Below, piece after piece: positions 38,186 to 52,320 of a stretch of 64,000 bases of DNA. The notes beneath the pieces were generated by a model. That model saw only the letters and a program-made list of their open reading frames with translations, was not told the DNA's origin and did not search any database. The translations under genes were made by a program, and so were the position numbers. Where the stretch lies: the NCBI GenBank assembly GCA_964016885.1, contig OZ024741.1, positions 366,792,001 to 366,856,000 of the forward strand, written 5' to 3'. Numbering within the stretch: position 1 is the stretch's first letter; each line of letters starts with the position of its first letter. The DNA comes from Eledone cirrhosa. Lineage: Eukaryota.

Positions 38186-39708
38186 GATTTATAATTTGAA
38201 AATATAGCTAATTTATTCAAACATTATTTATAGTTATCAATATTATTATAGCTATCTGCATTTTGGCAACTTTATTTTCAAATTTCAAATGTCCCAATTC
38301 TCTGTAAGTCAATCACTCTTGTTTACTTGTATACATAAATTTATGTTTATTTTTATATTCAACTAAATATATGTTCTCTTCTTGTTTAACTTGACACTAA
38401 AATTCTTTCAATAGATAACTAAGTTGTTTTAGATTTGACTTCTGTATTCTCTAGAAATGTTGAAATAAGGAAGATTGGTCAATACATTACTAGATCTTTG
38501 TTTTGTTTGTCTTTGTTTTGATTCTTGGTTATTCTAATTTTTAAACATTTGTAATTATTTATATTTTTGTGCTGTATGTACCTGATTAAGAAATACGTTC
38601 ACCATATCCATGCATGGTACAGGAACCAATTAAAATGGTTGGTACAGTGCCAGGAAGGTCATCCTACCATAAAACATTGCTTCAAAAATAAAACCCCAAG
38701 ATGACCATGAAACAAGGCTAACCCCAGCTTTAGCAGGGAAAATGGTCTTAAAATGCTAGTTGTTATATTTATTTATATTTTGTTAAACTGTCATCCAGTT
38801 TAACATCACCACCTAGTCTTAGGGTGATTTTAGTGGACTCCACTCTGCTGTGACTATTTGCACAATGTCTTTAATTTGCAGATACCTCTCTCTATCCCTC
38901 CCAACAGTCATGGAGGCCCTGAAAAGTATCATAAACAATGTAGTTCCTGCCTTTTGATAAAAAAGAAATAATAATGCTTTTAACACAAGATTTGAACTGA
39001 ACATCAGATATTCCTTATTTCTCTAACCTAGAAAAGATTACACTTTTTAAAATCACTGCCAAAGATAGTCTCTATACAATTGCTCAACCTGCTAAAAATA
39101 ACAGCCAAATCACCCTTAAATCACACTATACTAACATCTTTAAAAACGAGCACATTGAGTAATGTATACAATATTTGAATAAAAGACTGACTAGTCACAG
39201 CTGGAACACCTTTGATCATAGTTTTGCCATCTCATTCCCGGCTAGCCAGAGGCTAAACAACAACAACAATAACAACAACATAGGGCTTTCTACCTAATCA
39301 AAACAACAACAATGCTAAATATATTATGTTTTCTTATGGTGAATTTTGCTCCGAAACAGTAGAGAACTGCATTAAGTGCACAACAGTATTTAGTTACATC
39401 CAGAGCTGGATTAAAGCCAACAGATGCCTTAACACAACCAAACAACGATTCTACTTCAACTTTTTCATTGTCTAACAAAGCTTCAATACATAACTGATAC
39501 AATATCATAATTGTTTCTACTTTTGGCACAAAGCCAGCAATTACCCCAGTGCATTACTGGTACTTTATTTTCTCGATACTGTAAGGATGAAAGGCAAAGT
39601 TAACCTCAGCAGGATTTGAACTCAGACTGTAAAGGGACGTAACTCTATGCTGCAAAGCATGGTGTCAGACCCTCTATCAATACAGGCCAATCCACGAACC
39701 TGATACAA

Positions 39709-40502
39709 TCTCTCTCTATATAAAATTCTTTGTCTCTCTGTCTGTCTGTTTGTTTCCTTATATATTCTCAAACAGATCAACCAAATCAAATCAAATTTTA
39801 CAAGGTATTAGACCCTGGGATTAACAACATGAAATTTTTATTTTCATTTGGATCAAAACAATATAACATTTTATCTAAAATATTCAACTATAGACTATAA
39901 GAAAACGGACATTTTATAACACGACAACATCGCATTTTGTATATGAGTGTGTATGTGTCTGTAAGTGTGTGTGTGTGTGTTTTCACGTTTGTTATATACA
40001 TTAGGCCTTAGGAAGTTATATACACATACATCTTCACGTAAATATTTAATCAGATACACAGAGAATTAAACACACACACATCTACACATACATATACATA
40101 TGTGATGGCTGACAAGTATATGTGTGTGAGTGTATGTGAGGTTGAATTTAAAAGGCTTCAGTTACCAGTCAAACTAAGTTTTGTTATTTCAATTAACAAA
40201 TCTCAGGGTCAATCCCTCAAGGTAGTTGGACTTGATCTCTCTACTACATGTTTCTCCCACAGCCAACTCTATGTTGGTTGCTTGCAAAAAAATTATACAA
40301 TGAATATTGTTTACCCTGAGGTGCTTCAAGATTGACAGATTTTCATTTCTAAATTCTATTATCATTACAATTTTGATATTTTTTTTATAAAATGTATATA
40401 TTTTAAAATAATTATGAGAAAAAATATATATCTCCATGTTTATTGTTTACTAATCTGAATAAGAGCAGCAGTAACTCGGGCAACGCTGGGTCATTCAGCT
40501 GG
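39709..40502 (+). mobile_element. Non-autonomous Helitron retaining the PIF1-like helicase C-terminus (40141-40335)
   Basis: A|TC start; [47 protein letters not shown]; hairpin CTCGGGCAACGCTGGG then CTGG|T. Confidence 0.88.
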
Positions 40503-41718
40503 TATCATAATAATTGTTTCTGCTTTTGGCACAAGGCCAGCAATTACCTAGTGTATTACTGGTACTTTATTTTATCAACCCTGTAAGAATGAATGGCAAA
40601 GCTTACTCCAGCAGGATTTGAACGCAGACCGTAAAGGGACGTAACTCTATGCTGCAAAGCATTGCATCAGACTCTCTACAAATAATTGTTTCTACTTTTG
40701 GCACAAGGCCAGCAATTACCTAGTACATTACTGGTACTTTATTTTATCGACCCCTGTAAGGATGAAAGGCAAAGTTAACCTCGGCGGGATTTGAACTCAG
40801 ACCATAAAGGGCCATAATTCTTTGCTGCAAAGCATGGCGTCCGACTCTCTACTGATACTGCCAATCCACACTGCCCTGCTACAATATCTTAATAATTATT
40901 TCTATTTTTGGCAAGAGGCCAGCAACTATCTCAGTGCATTACTGGTGCTTTATTTTATCGACCCCATAAGGATGAAAGGCAAAGCTAACCCCAGCGGGAT
41001 TTGAACTCAGACCGTAAAGGTGTGGAACTCTGTGCTGCAAAGCATGGCATCCAAATCCTCTATCGATACTGCCATTCCATCATAAAAAGAAAATCACAAA
41101 GAAGTAAAATAAAAAAAAAGGTGTGTAACTATGCATCATTAGCTGAATGGTATATTTCAGCTGCACCTTGCAGACAGAATAAGACAGTGAAAGTATTGCC
41201 AGGGATACCCACTGCACCGGCCATTCAGGTCTCTTTTCTCAGATATAAAAACCTCATCCTGCCAATTTGGTGGGTGAAGAACAGTCCAGGAACTGAGGAC
41301 ACAGGAGGTCTTAATGGCAGCCAGCAATGCCTGATATTTAGTCATCTACCACACTCCGGCATGGGCTGGCACCCACCCAGGTTGGCAAATGGCAGAATGG
41401 AAAATAATAGATTAAAAATTCAGTTTTGTTTTCTTACACACCATCCTCCACACTATTCTCCATGCCACCCCCTCATGCCATCTCCCCCACACTATCTTCA
41501 ATGCAAGCCTCTCACCAACACCCATGCCATCCTCTACACTATCCCCAGACCATCACTTATTCCATCCCCGCCCCGACCACCCACCATCCCCTACACTATC
41601 CCCTCACACCATCGCCTTACACCATCCACCATGTCATGCCCCTATACCATCTGCCACACTATCCCCCTCTTCCTCCACTCAGGCTATCCTCCAGGCCACA
41701 CCCCAACAACTATGTTAA

Positions 41719-41938
41719 CCCTTTAGCATTTAAACCAGCCGTATCCGGCCAGAATTCTCTCACCTCTTTCTGTTTAAACTAGCTGTAACCAGCCCCTCAT
41801 ACTGATGTTAAGGTATTGCTCTCAAAATAAATAACATCAAAATCCATAGATTCGATATTAAATGAGAAAATTATGTAAGATAAAGCCTTTGCCACAAAAA
41901 TACAATAGCAAATATAGAGTAATGTAAATGCTAAAGGG
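41719..41938. mobile_element. TTAA/piggyBac-type MITE
   Basis: TTAA|CCCTTTAGCATTTA ... TAAATGCTAAAGGG|TTTA. Confidence 0.85.
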
Positions 41939-43382
41939 TTTAATATAGCCTGTTTTATTTTGTTTAATTGTTTTTTAACTCAACCACTTTGTTACCATAT
42001 TTCTAATGAGATATATATTGTCTTTGAATTAATTAGGGAAGAATTTAGGGAGATTTACTAAAATTATTAATTATTTTATTATTAAGGTGGTGTGGGCGGT
42101 GGATTGGCAGTATCGGTAGAGTGTCGGACGCCATGCTTTGCGGCATAGAGTTACGGCCCTTTATGATCTGAGTTCAAATTCTGCTGTGGTTAACTTTCAT
42201 CCTTACAGGGTTGACAAAATAAAGTACCGGTAACACACTAGGATCAATTTATTCAATGCTCTCCTCCGCAAAAATTGTTGGTCATGTGCCTAAAGCAGAA
42301 ACAATTATTAAGATGGTGTTTATAACATAACTTAATAAAACGGTTATTATATGAAATTGTTAGAGAGGGGATTCCCAAACATGTGGTTGTGAGTTTGATT
42401 CCAAGGCTGGGTAATATGTTATGCCCTTGAGCAAGACACTTTATTTCACATTGTTCCTTCTGCCAGGAGTTGTAACTGGTAGATAGTATTAACAATTGGG
42501 AAGACCAATGGAAACATTGTTTCCTTGGTCTGATTTGATGAGTTCCACCCCATTCAGTAAGAGAATGAGGTCTAGCATCTTGTCAATTTGGATAGGTTAA
42601 AACGAGTGATTTTGTTTCATAGAACCAGGAGCAGCTTTATGTGGGTTTGATATTAAAAGGGTTAACAAAGGTTCTTACATAGAATTATGATGAAAATGTT
42701 TTATATAAATATAAACATTTTAAAATATCATGAATATCATAGAACCAGGGATGATTTCAGGCAGTTTGGTATGAAAAGGGTTTATGGTTAGCCCAGGCTT
42801 GGTTAAATCCTTTTATATTCTGAACTCAAATCTTATTAAAGTCGACATTATCTTTCATTATCCTGGGAGCAATAAAATTAGTAATTGTCAACTATTGGGG
42901 TTGATGTAATGTACTGTTGTCTTGCCTCATAAATGTTTGGCCATATGCCAATAGAAATTATTATTATTAGTAAGGCGGTGGATTGGCAGTATCGTTAGAG
43001 GGTCGGACGCCATGCTTTGACGCAAAGAGTTACGGCCCTTTCCATTCTGAGTTCAAATCCCACTGAGGTTAACTTTGCCTTTCATCCTTACAGGGTCGAT
43101 AAAATAAAGTACCAGTACACTGGATAATTGCTGGCCTTGTGCCAAAAGTAGAAACAATTATTATTATTAGTATTATTATGGATTAGCAGTATCGGTAGAG
43201 CTTCAGACACCATGCTTTGCAGCATAGAGTTATGGCCCTTTATGATCTGAGTTCAAATCCCGCCGAGGTTAACTTTGCCTTTCAAAGTAAGTACCAGTCA
43301 CGCACTGGGGTCGATTTAATCAACTTTCCCCTCCTCAAAAAATTGCTGGCCGTGTGCCTATTTAAGAAACCATTATTATTAT

Positions 43383-43775
43383 AGAGACTTTCCTCTCCAG
43401 CCAATCCCTGATTAACTTTTTCAAGTTTCACTTAAAGAAGAAAGTCAGGGTGGAAAGGCAAGTGCTGTCTTCTAGTAAGTTTGTTGAAAGGTGGGTGAGA
43501 GTGGCGAGACTAAGGAGTGGGAAAACTGAGAGAGGGTGCTTGCCCTGGTGGTCAGGGTGGCCATCGTCTTTTGTGTGGTTTTCGCCACAAGTGACCCTCG
43601 GAAGTTTTCCCCCTATTGGAGAATTTTTGGGCTTTTTGATATTTCTATCTTCTTGTCATAACCTTTTTTACACAACCAAAACCCACTTTGTATCGTGCTG
43701 TACCATTCTGTGCCGTCTGTAATGTTTTTATTTATGTTAGCCCTTGTGGCCAATAAAGAAAGCATTATTATTATT
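43383..43775 (+). mobile_element. L1/Tx1-like LINE 3' end
   Basis: ETFLSSQSLINFFKFHLKKKVRVERQVLSSSKFVERW, T-rich 3' UTR, AATAAA and (ATT)n tail. Confidence 0.5.
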
Positions 43776-43824
43776 ACCAGTAATGTACTGGGTAATTGCT
43801 GGCCTTGTGCCTAAAGTAGAAACA

Positions 43825-43855
<31 letters not shown>

Positions 43856-43856
<1 letters not shown>

Positions 43857-44604
43857 AGTTGCATTTATCTTGCTTTATGTTTATACGAGTTATCACCAAG
43901 TCACAACCAGTGACCTCAAGAGACAACAAGGTCCGCCATGTTCAAGAAATAACATACATACTCACACATGCATCTTTAGTGTTTAGACTTGTGATGTACT
44001 TATATTGACAGAATCTTCCTTAGTATATGGGCAGTTCCCATTAGTACTATCTTTTGTATTTCTCCTATACGCGGGTTTCCTGGGATTTGCGATAAGTAAT
44101 CATTAGACCCCTTAGGTATCATTCCCAGAGCGCCTACAACCACTGGTATTGTTTTAGTTCTCAATTTCCACATTTTTCCAATTTCTATCTCCAGGTCTTT
44201 ATACTTGCTCAATTTTTCAAATGTTTTTATAGATACATTCTTGTCTATTGGAACAGACATATCAATTAGCAGGCATACCCTCTTTTTAAAGTCCTTCAAT
44301 ATTATATCAGGTCTATTTGCATCTATTTTTCGGTCTGTTTGGATGCTAAAGTTCCACAAGATTGAGATGTGATCTTTTTCAAGTATGGGAGGTGGTTGAT
44401 GCTCCCACCAATTCTTTTGATGGGGCAGGTCAAAATGCTTACACATTATCCAATGTATGTATTGTGCAGCTCTGTCATGCCTGTTTAGGTATTCGGTTGG
44501 AGCTATAGGGCTGCACATTGAAATTATATGGTCAATGGTCTCTGGTTGTTTTTTGCATACACGGCATAATGGGCTGCATCCATTTTTTATTATGTTGGCT
44601 TGGT
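43856..44604 (-). mobile_element. R4/Dong-clade element 3' end (CCHC knuckle + RLE) inserted in (TAA)n
   Basis: CRVCKKQPETIDHIISMC, YLNRHD, ANRPDIILKD, LLIDMSVP, KLSKYKDL, PVVVGALG; frame intact; (TAA)n on both sides as known for Dong. Confidence 0.9.
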
Positions 44605-45213
44605 AATTATTATTATTATTATTAATAAATAAAGTACCAGTAATACACTAGGATAATTGCTGGCCTTGTGCCAAAAGTAGAAACAATTATTATTATTATT
44701 AATGATAATTAGCTTATTTATCTAGTGTTGGTGTCACAATAAAATGTACCCAGTACACACTGAAAAGTGGTTTGCAATAAGAAAGCTATGCCAAAATGGT
44801 TTGATCCTCAGACATGTCTAGTCTCAGAACATTACAATTTCTTAAACCAATGTCAGCATGGAAAATGGATGTTAAAGAATGATGATGATGTGATGATGAT
44901 GGTAATGGTGATGATGATGATATCATTTTTTAATAATGGTGGTTATTCTTATCCAAGAAGAGAAGAGATATCTCACTGCTTACTGTTATTAACTCAATGA
45001 AAAATATAATAAGCTCCAGTACACATTACCTTGATCTATAGGACACTATACAGAGATGTTAGTAATATGTATAAGATTATAAGTGATATAAGTTCCTGAT
45101 TAAATGAAAAACTATTAACATTTCTTGCCAATAAACATTCTAAAGCTTCATACAGATCACTCAAGATATATGATATATACCTGTTGATGAGATGGATCCT
45201 AAAGGCTTTCACT

Positions 45214-45246
<33 letters not shown>

Positions 45247-45385
45247 CTTTCTTCTCTCTCTCTCCCTCTCCTCTCCTTCTCTCTCTCTATCTATCTAACT
45301 CTATCTATCTATCTCTATCCCTATCTCATTCTCCCCTCCTCTCTCTTTCTCTTGCTTTTTCTCTCTCTCTCTCTTTTCTCTCTTG

Positions 45386-45420
<35 letters not shown>

Positions 45421-45983
45421 TCTCTCTCTCTCTCTTTTTTCTCTCTTTGAAATGATTTGAAGAAACGTTATTGCAATATCAGCCGTACCATTATCCAGTA
45501 TTTGAAGAAACATGATCTCGAGATTGTGGTGTTTGGCTAGAGAGAATACCTTGAAGCCTGGATGCAGCATCTTTAGAGATGGAAGGATACATCAGTTTTC
45601 ACCTGACTCTCACTTTTGGCTCCAAGACATTTTTCAGCTAAACCCCAAGAACAGATTATGGTGGCAGGCTAAACTTTGTGAGGGAGTGGACACTTAGAGA
45701 GGAGATGGGCACTGCAAAACATTTCTACATTTCTATGAGCCATTGAAATGTCATGATGAATAGTAAAACATCTAGTGTGGCAGAAACTGTCAAAAAACCT
45801 ACAAATCACAGGGAGGATTGAAGCTTGTTTGTGTAATATTTTGGTTATATATAAATATATCATTTGAGGTTATCATAAAAATGTTAACCATTATAGTATA
45901 TGATCATGTGTGTGTGTGTGCGTGTGTGCAAATGTATGTTTGTTGATTCGACAAGCACATTACAATTTCATATATCTCACTTT

Positions 45984-47377
<1,394 letters not shown>

Positions 47378-47803
47378 TCATCATCATCATCATCATCATC
47401 GTTTAATGTCCATCTTCCACGCTAGCATGGGTTAGACGGCAGTTGTGCCACTTGAGGCAAGGTTGGTCGGGTGACCGTGTCTCGCTAATATAGGACTATC
47501 TGGCAGGCTTTCTACGGCTGGATGACCTTCCTAACACCAACCACATTTATATCTATATATATATATATATACACACTGTAATGTGGTCGTGTAGGTAACA
47601 CGGTAAAAAGTTCCCAGTTCCACACTGTAAATGTGGTTGGTGTTAGGAAGGTCATCCAGCCGTAGAAAGCCTGCCAGATAGTCCTATATGAGCGAGACAC
47701 GGTCACCCGACCAACCTTGCCTCAAGTGGCACAACTGCCATCTAACCCATGCTAGCATGGAAGATGGACATTAAACGATGATGATGATGATGATGATGAT
47801 GAT
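47378..47803. mobile_element. Two head-to-head RTE 3' tails around a TA tract
   Basis: 47378-47549 and 47628-47803 are reverse complements with 3 mismatches by eye. Confidence 0.9.
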
Positions 47804-48037
47804 ACATATATATATACATATTTTTCTTTTTTAATTACACACAGCTGTCTTAAAGAACACATTGTACAATGTAGTCGCAAGTATATTATTCTTGAAATGA
47901 AAAATACAAGATGGCCACAACTTGAATACCTTTGATCACAGATCTGCTCAATCAGGGCTGACCTGGAGCTAAACAACAACAGCAACAGCAGCAACAGTTA
48001 CTGGGAGATGAACTTTTAAAATCATGGAATGATTTAA

Positions 48038-48257
48038 CCCTTTAGCATTTACATTACTCCATATTTACTATTGTATTTTTGTGGTAAAGGCTTTACCTCA
48101 CATAATTATCTCACATAATATTAAATCTGTGAGATTTTGATGTTATTTATTTTGAGAACAATACCTTAACATAAGTATGAGTGGATAGTTACAGCCGGTT
48201 TGAACAGAAAGAAGTGAGAGAATCTGGCCGGATATGGCTGGTTTAAAGGATAAAGGA
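48038..48257. mobile_element. TTAA/piggyBac-type MITE
   Basis: TTAA|CCCTTTAGCATTTA ... TAAAGGATAAAGGA|TTAA. Confidence 0.8.
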
Positions 48258-49393
48258 TTAATGGAAAATATCTAAAAATGAGTTTGTTAATTCAAATGTT
48301 TATATTATCTTTACTAGTAAACAGATCATTGTGAAAATTTGTAGAATTGGAGTTAAGACATTAATTTTTAATGTTCTGTCAGGATTTAGCAGACAATATC
48401 TAAATATCTAAAAACGCGTTTATTTATTTAAATGGTTATAGTATCTTTACCACAGGATAAATTGATGTGAAAATTTGCAGTATTAGAGTAAAAACTTTAA
48501 CGCACCTGTGAGGACTTTCTTTCACATATAATGTGACAGGTGGAAAATTGGTAGAAGTATTAGATTGTCAGACAAGATGTTTGGTAATGTTTATTCTGGC
48601 ATTCTGAATTCAGATCTTTGCCTTTTATGTTTCTGGGGTTGATAAAGAACTTACCTGAAGTTGTGGACTGGTGAAGTAACTAGAGCATGATACAGAGTGC
48701 TTTATGGTATTTTTACCAACTCTTTGAACCCTAAATTCAAATCTTGCCTAAGTTATCTTTGTTTTTCATGTTTCTGAGGTCTAGGATGCCTTGTGGTATT
48801 TGTTCTGGCTCTTTATATTTTGAGTTCAGATCCTACTGTGACCTACTTTGGTAATAGACTTAATCCATTGCCCAGTTTAACATCCCCCATTTGATCCTTG
48901 GGGGCCATGAGTGGGAATCTACCTTACTGCAAGCACTTGAGCCAGGTCACTGACTTGGGAGTAAATTCCTCTCTCCCTCAAACCAGTCTTATAGGCCCCT
49001 GGCAAGGATCATAAGCACTTCTATTTCTGAGAAAGTGATAAAAAATATGACATATAATGTAACAATGTCATATAGTATGACAATTGACAATGACACACAA
49101 CATACAATATACAACACAGTCACTTTAGCTAATGAACCACTAATATAAAACTACAATACAGACACACACATATGTATATATTAAATTGTGAGCTATCAGC
49201 CAAAATACATATCTGTACATATGCAGCACAGGATTAACTAAGACTTAGTGAAAGTGTATATAAATAAAAGGTTGAAAGATGAGGCCCTAATAAGGATTGA
49301 AAATCAATTAAGGATGTTCATAATTTTTTCAGTGTAAATGGAAATATGTACATATGACATGCTTATATGTCTATATATTCGAAAAATTATGAA

Positions 49394-49440
49394 CATCCTT
49401 AATTAATTTTCAACCCTTATTAGGGCCTCATCAGAGGCCA
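49394..49440 (-). ncRNA. Minimal type-I hammerhead ribozyme; truncated inverted copy at 49278-49330
   Basis: UGGCCU CUGAUGA GGCCCU AAUA AGGGUU GAAA AUUAAU UA/ AGGAUG; one mismatch in stem I. Confidence 0.75.
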
Positions 49441-49685
49441 TCTACATCATTGATCAACCACAAAGAAATATGTAACTTATGGCTTTATAAAGCCTACCAA
49501 ATCTACTAGTAGCCAGGATGTTCATCTTTTTTAATGTACAGGGAATACATGAATTTGATGTGCTTACATGTATATATATATTTAATGTATGTATTTATAT
49601 ATACATTCATGCAGTCTCAGTTAATCATGTGCTGTATATGTTCTGCATATGTATTTATCATATTTGTGTGTGTATGTAATATATA

Positions 49686-50905
49686 TCATCATCATCATCA
49701 TCATCGTTTAACGTCCATCTTCCACGCTTGCATGGGTTTGGACGGGAATTTTCCCACTTGAGGCAAGATTGGTCTTCTTGCTCATATGGGACTGTCTGGC
49801 GGGTTTTCTATGGCTGGATGCCCTTCCTAACACCAACCATGTTTACAGTGTGGACTGGGAGGTTTTTACCGTGTTACCTACACGGCCACATTACAGCGTG
49901 GACTGTGTTTTTTTTGTCGTGACACCTACACGACCTCATTTGTTTAAGATTGGATGTTGTGGCACCAACATAACTTTACATTGAAAGGGGTGGTGTGGAT
50001 GGGGTGGAGGTAGTGGGACGGGGTGTATTTTTGTTATAGGTGCCTACTGACTGTAGGTTTCGCTTTGTACTTAGGCAAGGCGGGTCTTCTGTATTACTGT
50101 GTAGCGCCAAAGATCTCGGTCCAGTGACATTGTCTTGGAGAGGTGTAAGTATGTGAGGTTCTGAATTTATCAAGTCGTCCCAGGTTTTTCTGGGTCTGCC
50201 TACTCTGTGCCTACCGTCTATTTTTATCGCCCTGCACTTTTTTATACAGCTGTCATCTTTCATGCGCATCACGTGACCATACCAACGTAGTCTTCTCTCA
50301 AGTAAACAACATCTGATCCCTCTTATTCCTAATTTCTCCCTTAGTTCGTTTATGCTTTGCCGTTCACGTATATTACTATTACACATCCAGCAGAGCATGC
50401 AAACTTCGTTCCTCTCCAGTCTGCGTATATCCTCTGCACACAATGCCCAGGTCCCAATGCCATGTAACATTGCTGTTCGTATGCAGGCATCATACAGCCT
50501 GCCTTTCATTTTTAGAGAGAACCCTTTAGCGGCCAATAGTGGTATAAGCTCTCTGAACTTTTTCCATCCCGTTCTGACTCTAGCTACTGTACTTTCAGAG
50601 CACCCTCCACCACTGCTGATTTTGTCACCCAGGTAACGGAAGGTGTCCACTATTTCTATAGAACCATCTGTGCAATGGAATGAGCTAGTATTCTGTGGGC
50701 ACTTGCTGCTACTTATTGCACCAGAGCAGCGGCCACATATAAAATCTATATTCTTAGTTAGCTTACTTGTGATCCCACTACATCTTTTATGCACCCATAC
50801 TTTGCATTTGGGACATAAGATGGAGTTTCTGCCTACTCTTTTCCTACACACTGAGCATGGCCATTTCCCAGATGGGACCGGTGCCCTATTTTCCTTCCTA
50901 CAAAC
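49686..50905 (-). mobile_element. 5'-truncated RTE LINE with a PHD-like Cys/His finger in the RT C-terminal region
   Basis: [54 protein letters not shown]; (GAT)n tail. Confidence 0.9.
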
Positions 50906-50924
50906 TACATATATATATCATAAT

Positions 50925-51715
50925 CATCAACATTATCATCGTTTTTATATCCGCTTTTCCCTGCTTGCATGGGTTGGCCGGGTCCTGCTCAGCACAGCAT
51001 TTCTCCACATGTCACATTCCTTCGTCTTAACAATTTAAGGTCAGCTCTCACAACCTCTGCCCAGGTCTTTCTGGGTCATCTCCTCAAGTACGACTTGTTT
51101 TCACTAGGATTTCCTGGCACTTCTTCACGCATCGGTCATTGATATATCATATCATCATCATCACCGTTTTACGTCTGTTCTTCCATGTTAGCATGGGTTA
51201 GACGGGTTGTCCTGTTGTGGGCAGTGTCTGGTTGGCTGACCATGCCTTGCTCATACAGGAACTGATTTTGGCTTGATTTCTACAGCTGGATGCCCTTCCT
51301 AACACCAACCTCATTTACAGTGAGTGCTGGGTGCTTTTTCGTGGCGCCTACACGTCCACTTTACAGTGTGGGCTGGGTGCTTTTTTGCCATGGCACCTCC
51401 ACAACCACTTTGCAGTGGGAGGGTGTGGGGGCATATTGTCTATATGCTTCAGCTTGTACCCATGGGAGGTCGGGTACTCTGTATTACTGCGTGACGCCAG
51501 AGGTCACATAGATAAATATATATATATACATATATGTATATATATAAGTATATATGTATGTGTATGTTTATACATACATACATATATATATATATATATG
51601 TAAATGAGGTTGGTGTTAGGAAGGGCATCCAGCTGTAGAAATCAAGCCAGACTCAGTTCCCATCCCACCCTTGCAAGCAGGGAAAAGTGGACGTAAAATG
51701 AAATGATGATGATGA

Positions 51716-51807
<92 letters not shown>

Positions 51808-52320
51808 TATATATATATATACACAGAGATATCCACGGTAAGTTGTGGGGTCAATATATATATATTGTTGCCAACAGCATTTATTTCTCATATCTTTTCA
51901 AAACCTATTCTTAACCATAGATAGATAGCTAACATTACTTTGCTATCTGTAATCTGCTATCAAACAAACTGGGCATAATGCCTTGCTGTGTAAGTTACTT
52001 ATAGTTTCAGGTTAGCTTTCTGATTGGCTGATTAACTGGCTTGTAGATATTGAACAATGGTCGGGCCTCATCACCATCATCATCATCATCATTTTACGTC
52101 CGCTCTTCCCTGCTTGCAAGGGAGGGACGGGCCTTATTCAGCACAACATCTCTTCACTTGTCACGGTCCTTCGTCATCTCCACTGTGAGCTTCAGTGATC
52201 TGAGGTCTGTTCTCACCACCTCCGTCCATGTTTTTTGTGGTCTACCTCTACCACGTCTTCCTTCAACTGGCATTTCCTGGCACTTCTTTACCCATCGGTC
52301 ATCCTCCATGCGCATCACAT
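50925..52320 (-). mobile_element. Cluster of short RTE/SINE 3' ends (50925-51140, 51150-51508, 51600-51720 on +, 52066-52320)
   Basis: RMEDDRWVKKC..GRGRPQKTW and shared 3' UTR/(GAT)n tails. Confidence 0.8.

Noticed and set aside
39290-39529. 79-aa minus-strand ORF as a host exon
   Set aside because: The plus strand reads ..SYIQSWIKANRCLNTTK, resembling a decayed L2/CR1 RT segment, and the ORF start lies in a SINE tail.
45500-45800. Possible Tc1/mariner remnant (FSPDSHFWLQ..NPKNRLWW)
   Set aside because: Only a single weak motif; not supportable without a profile search.
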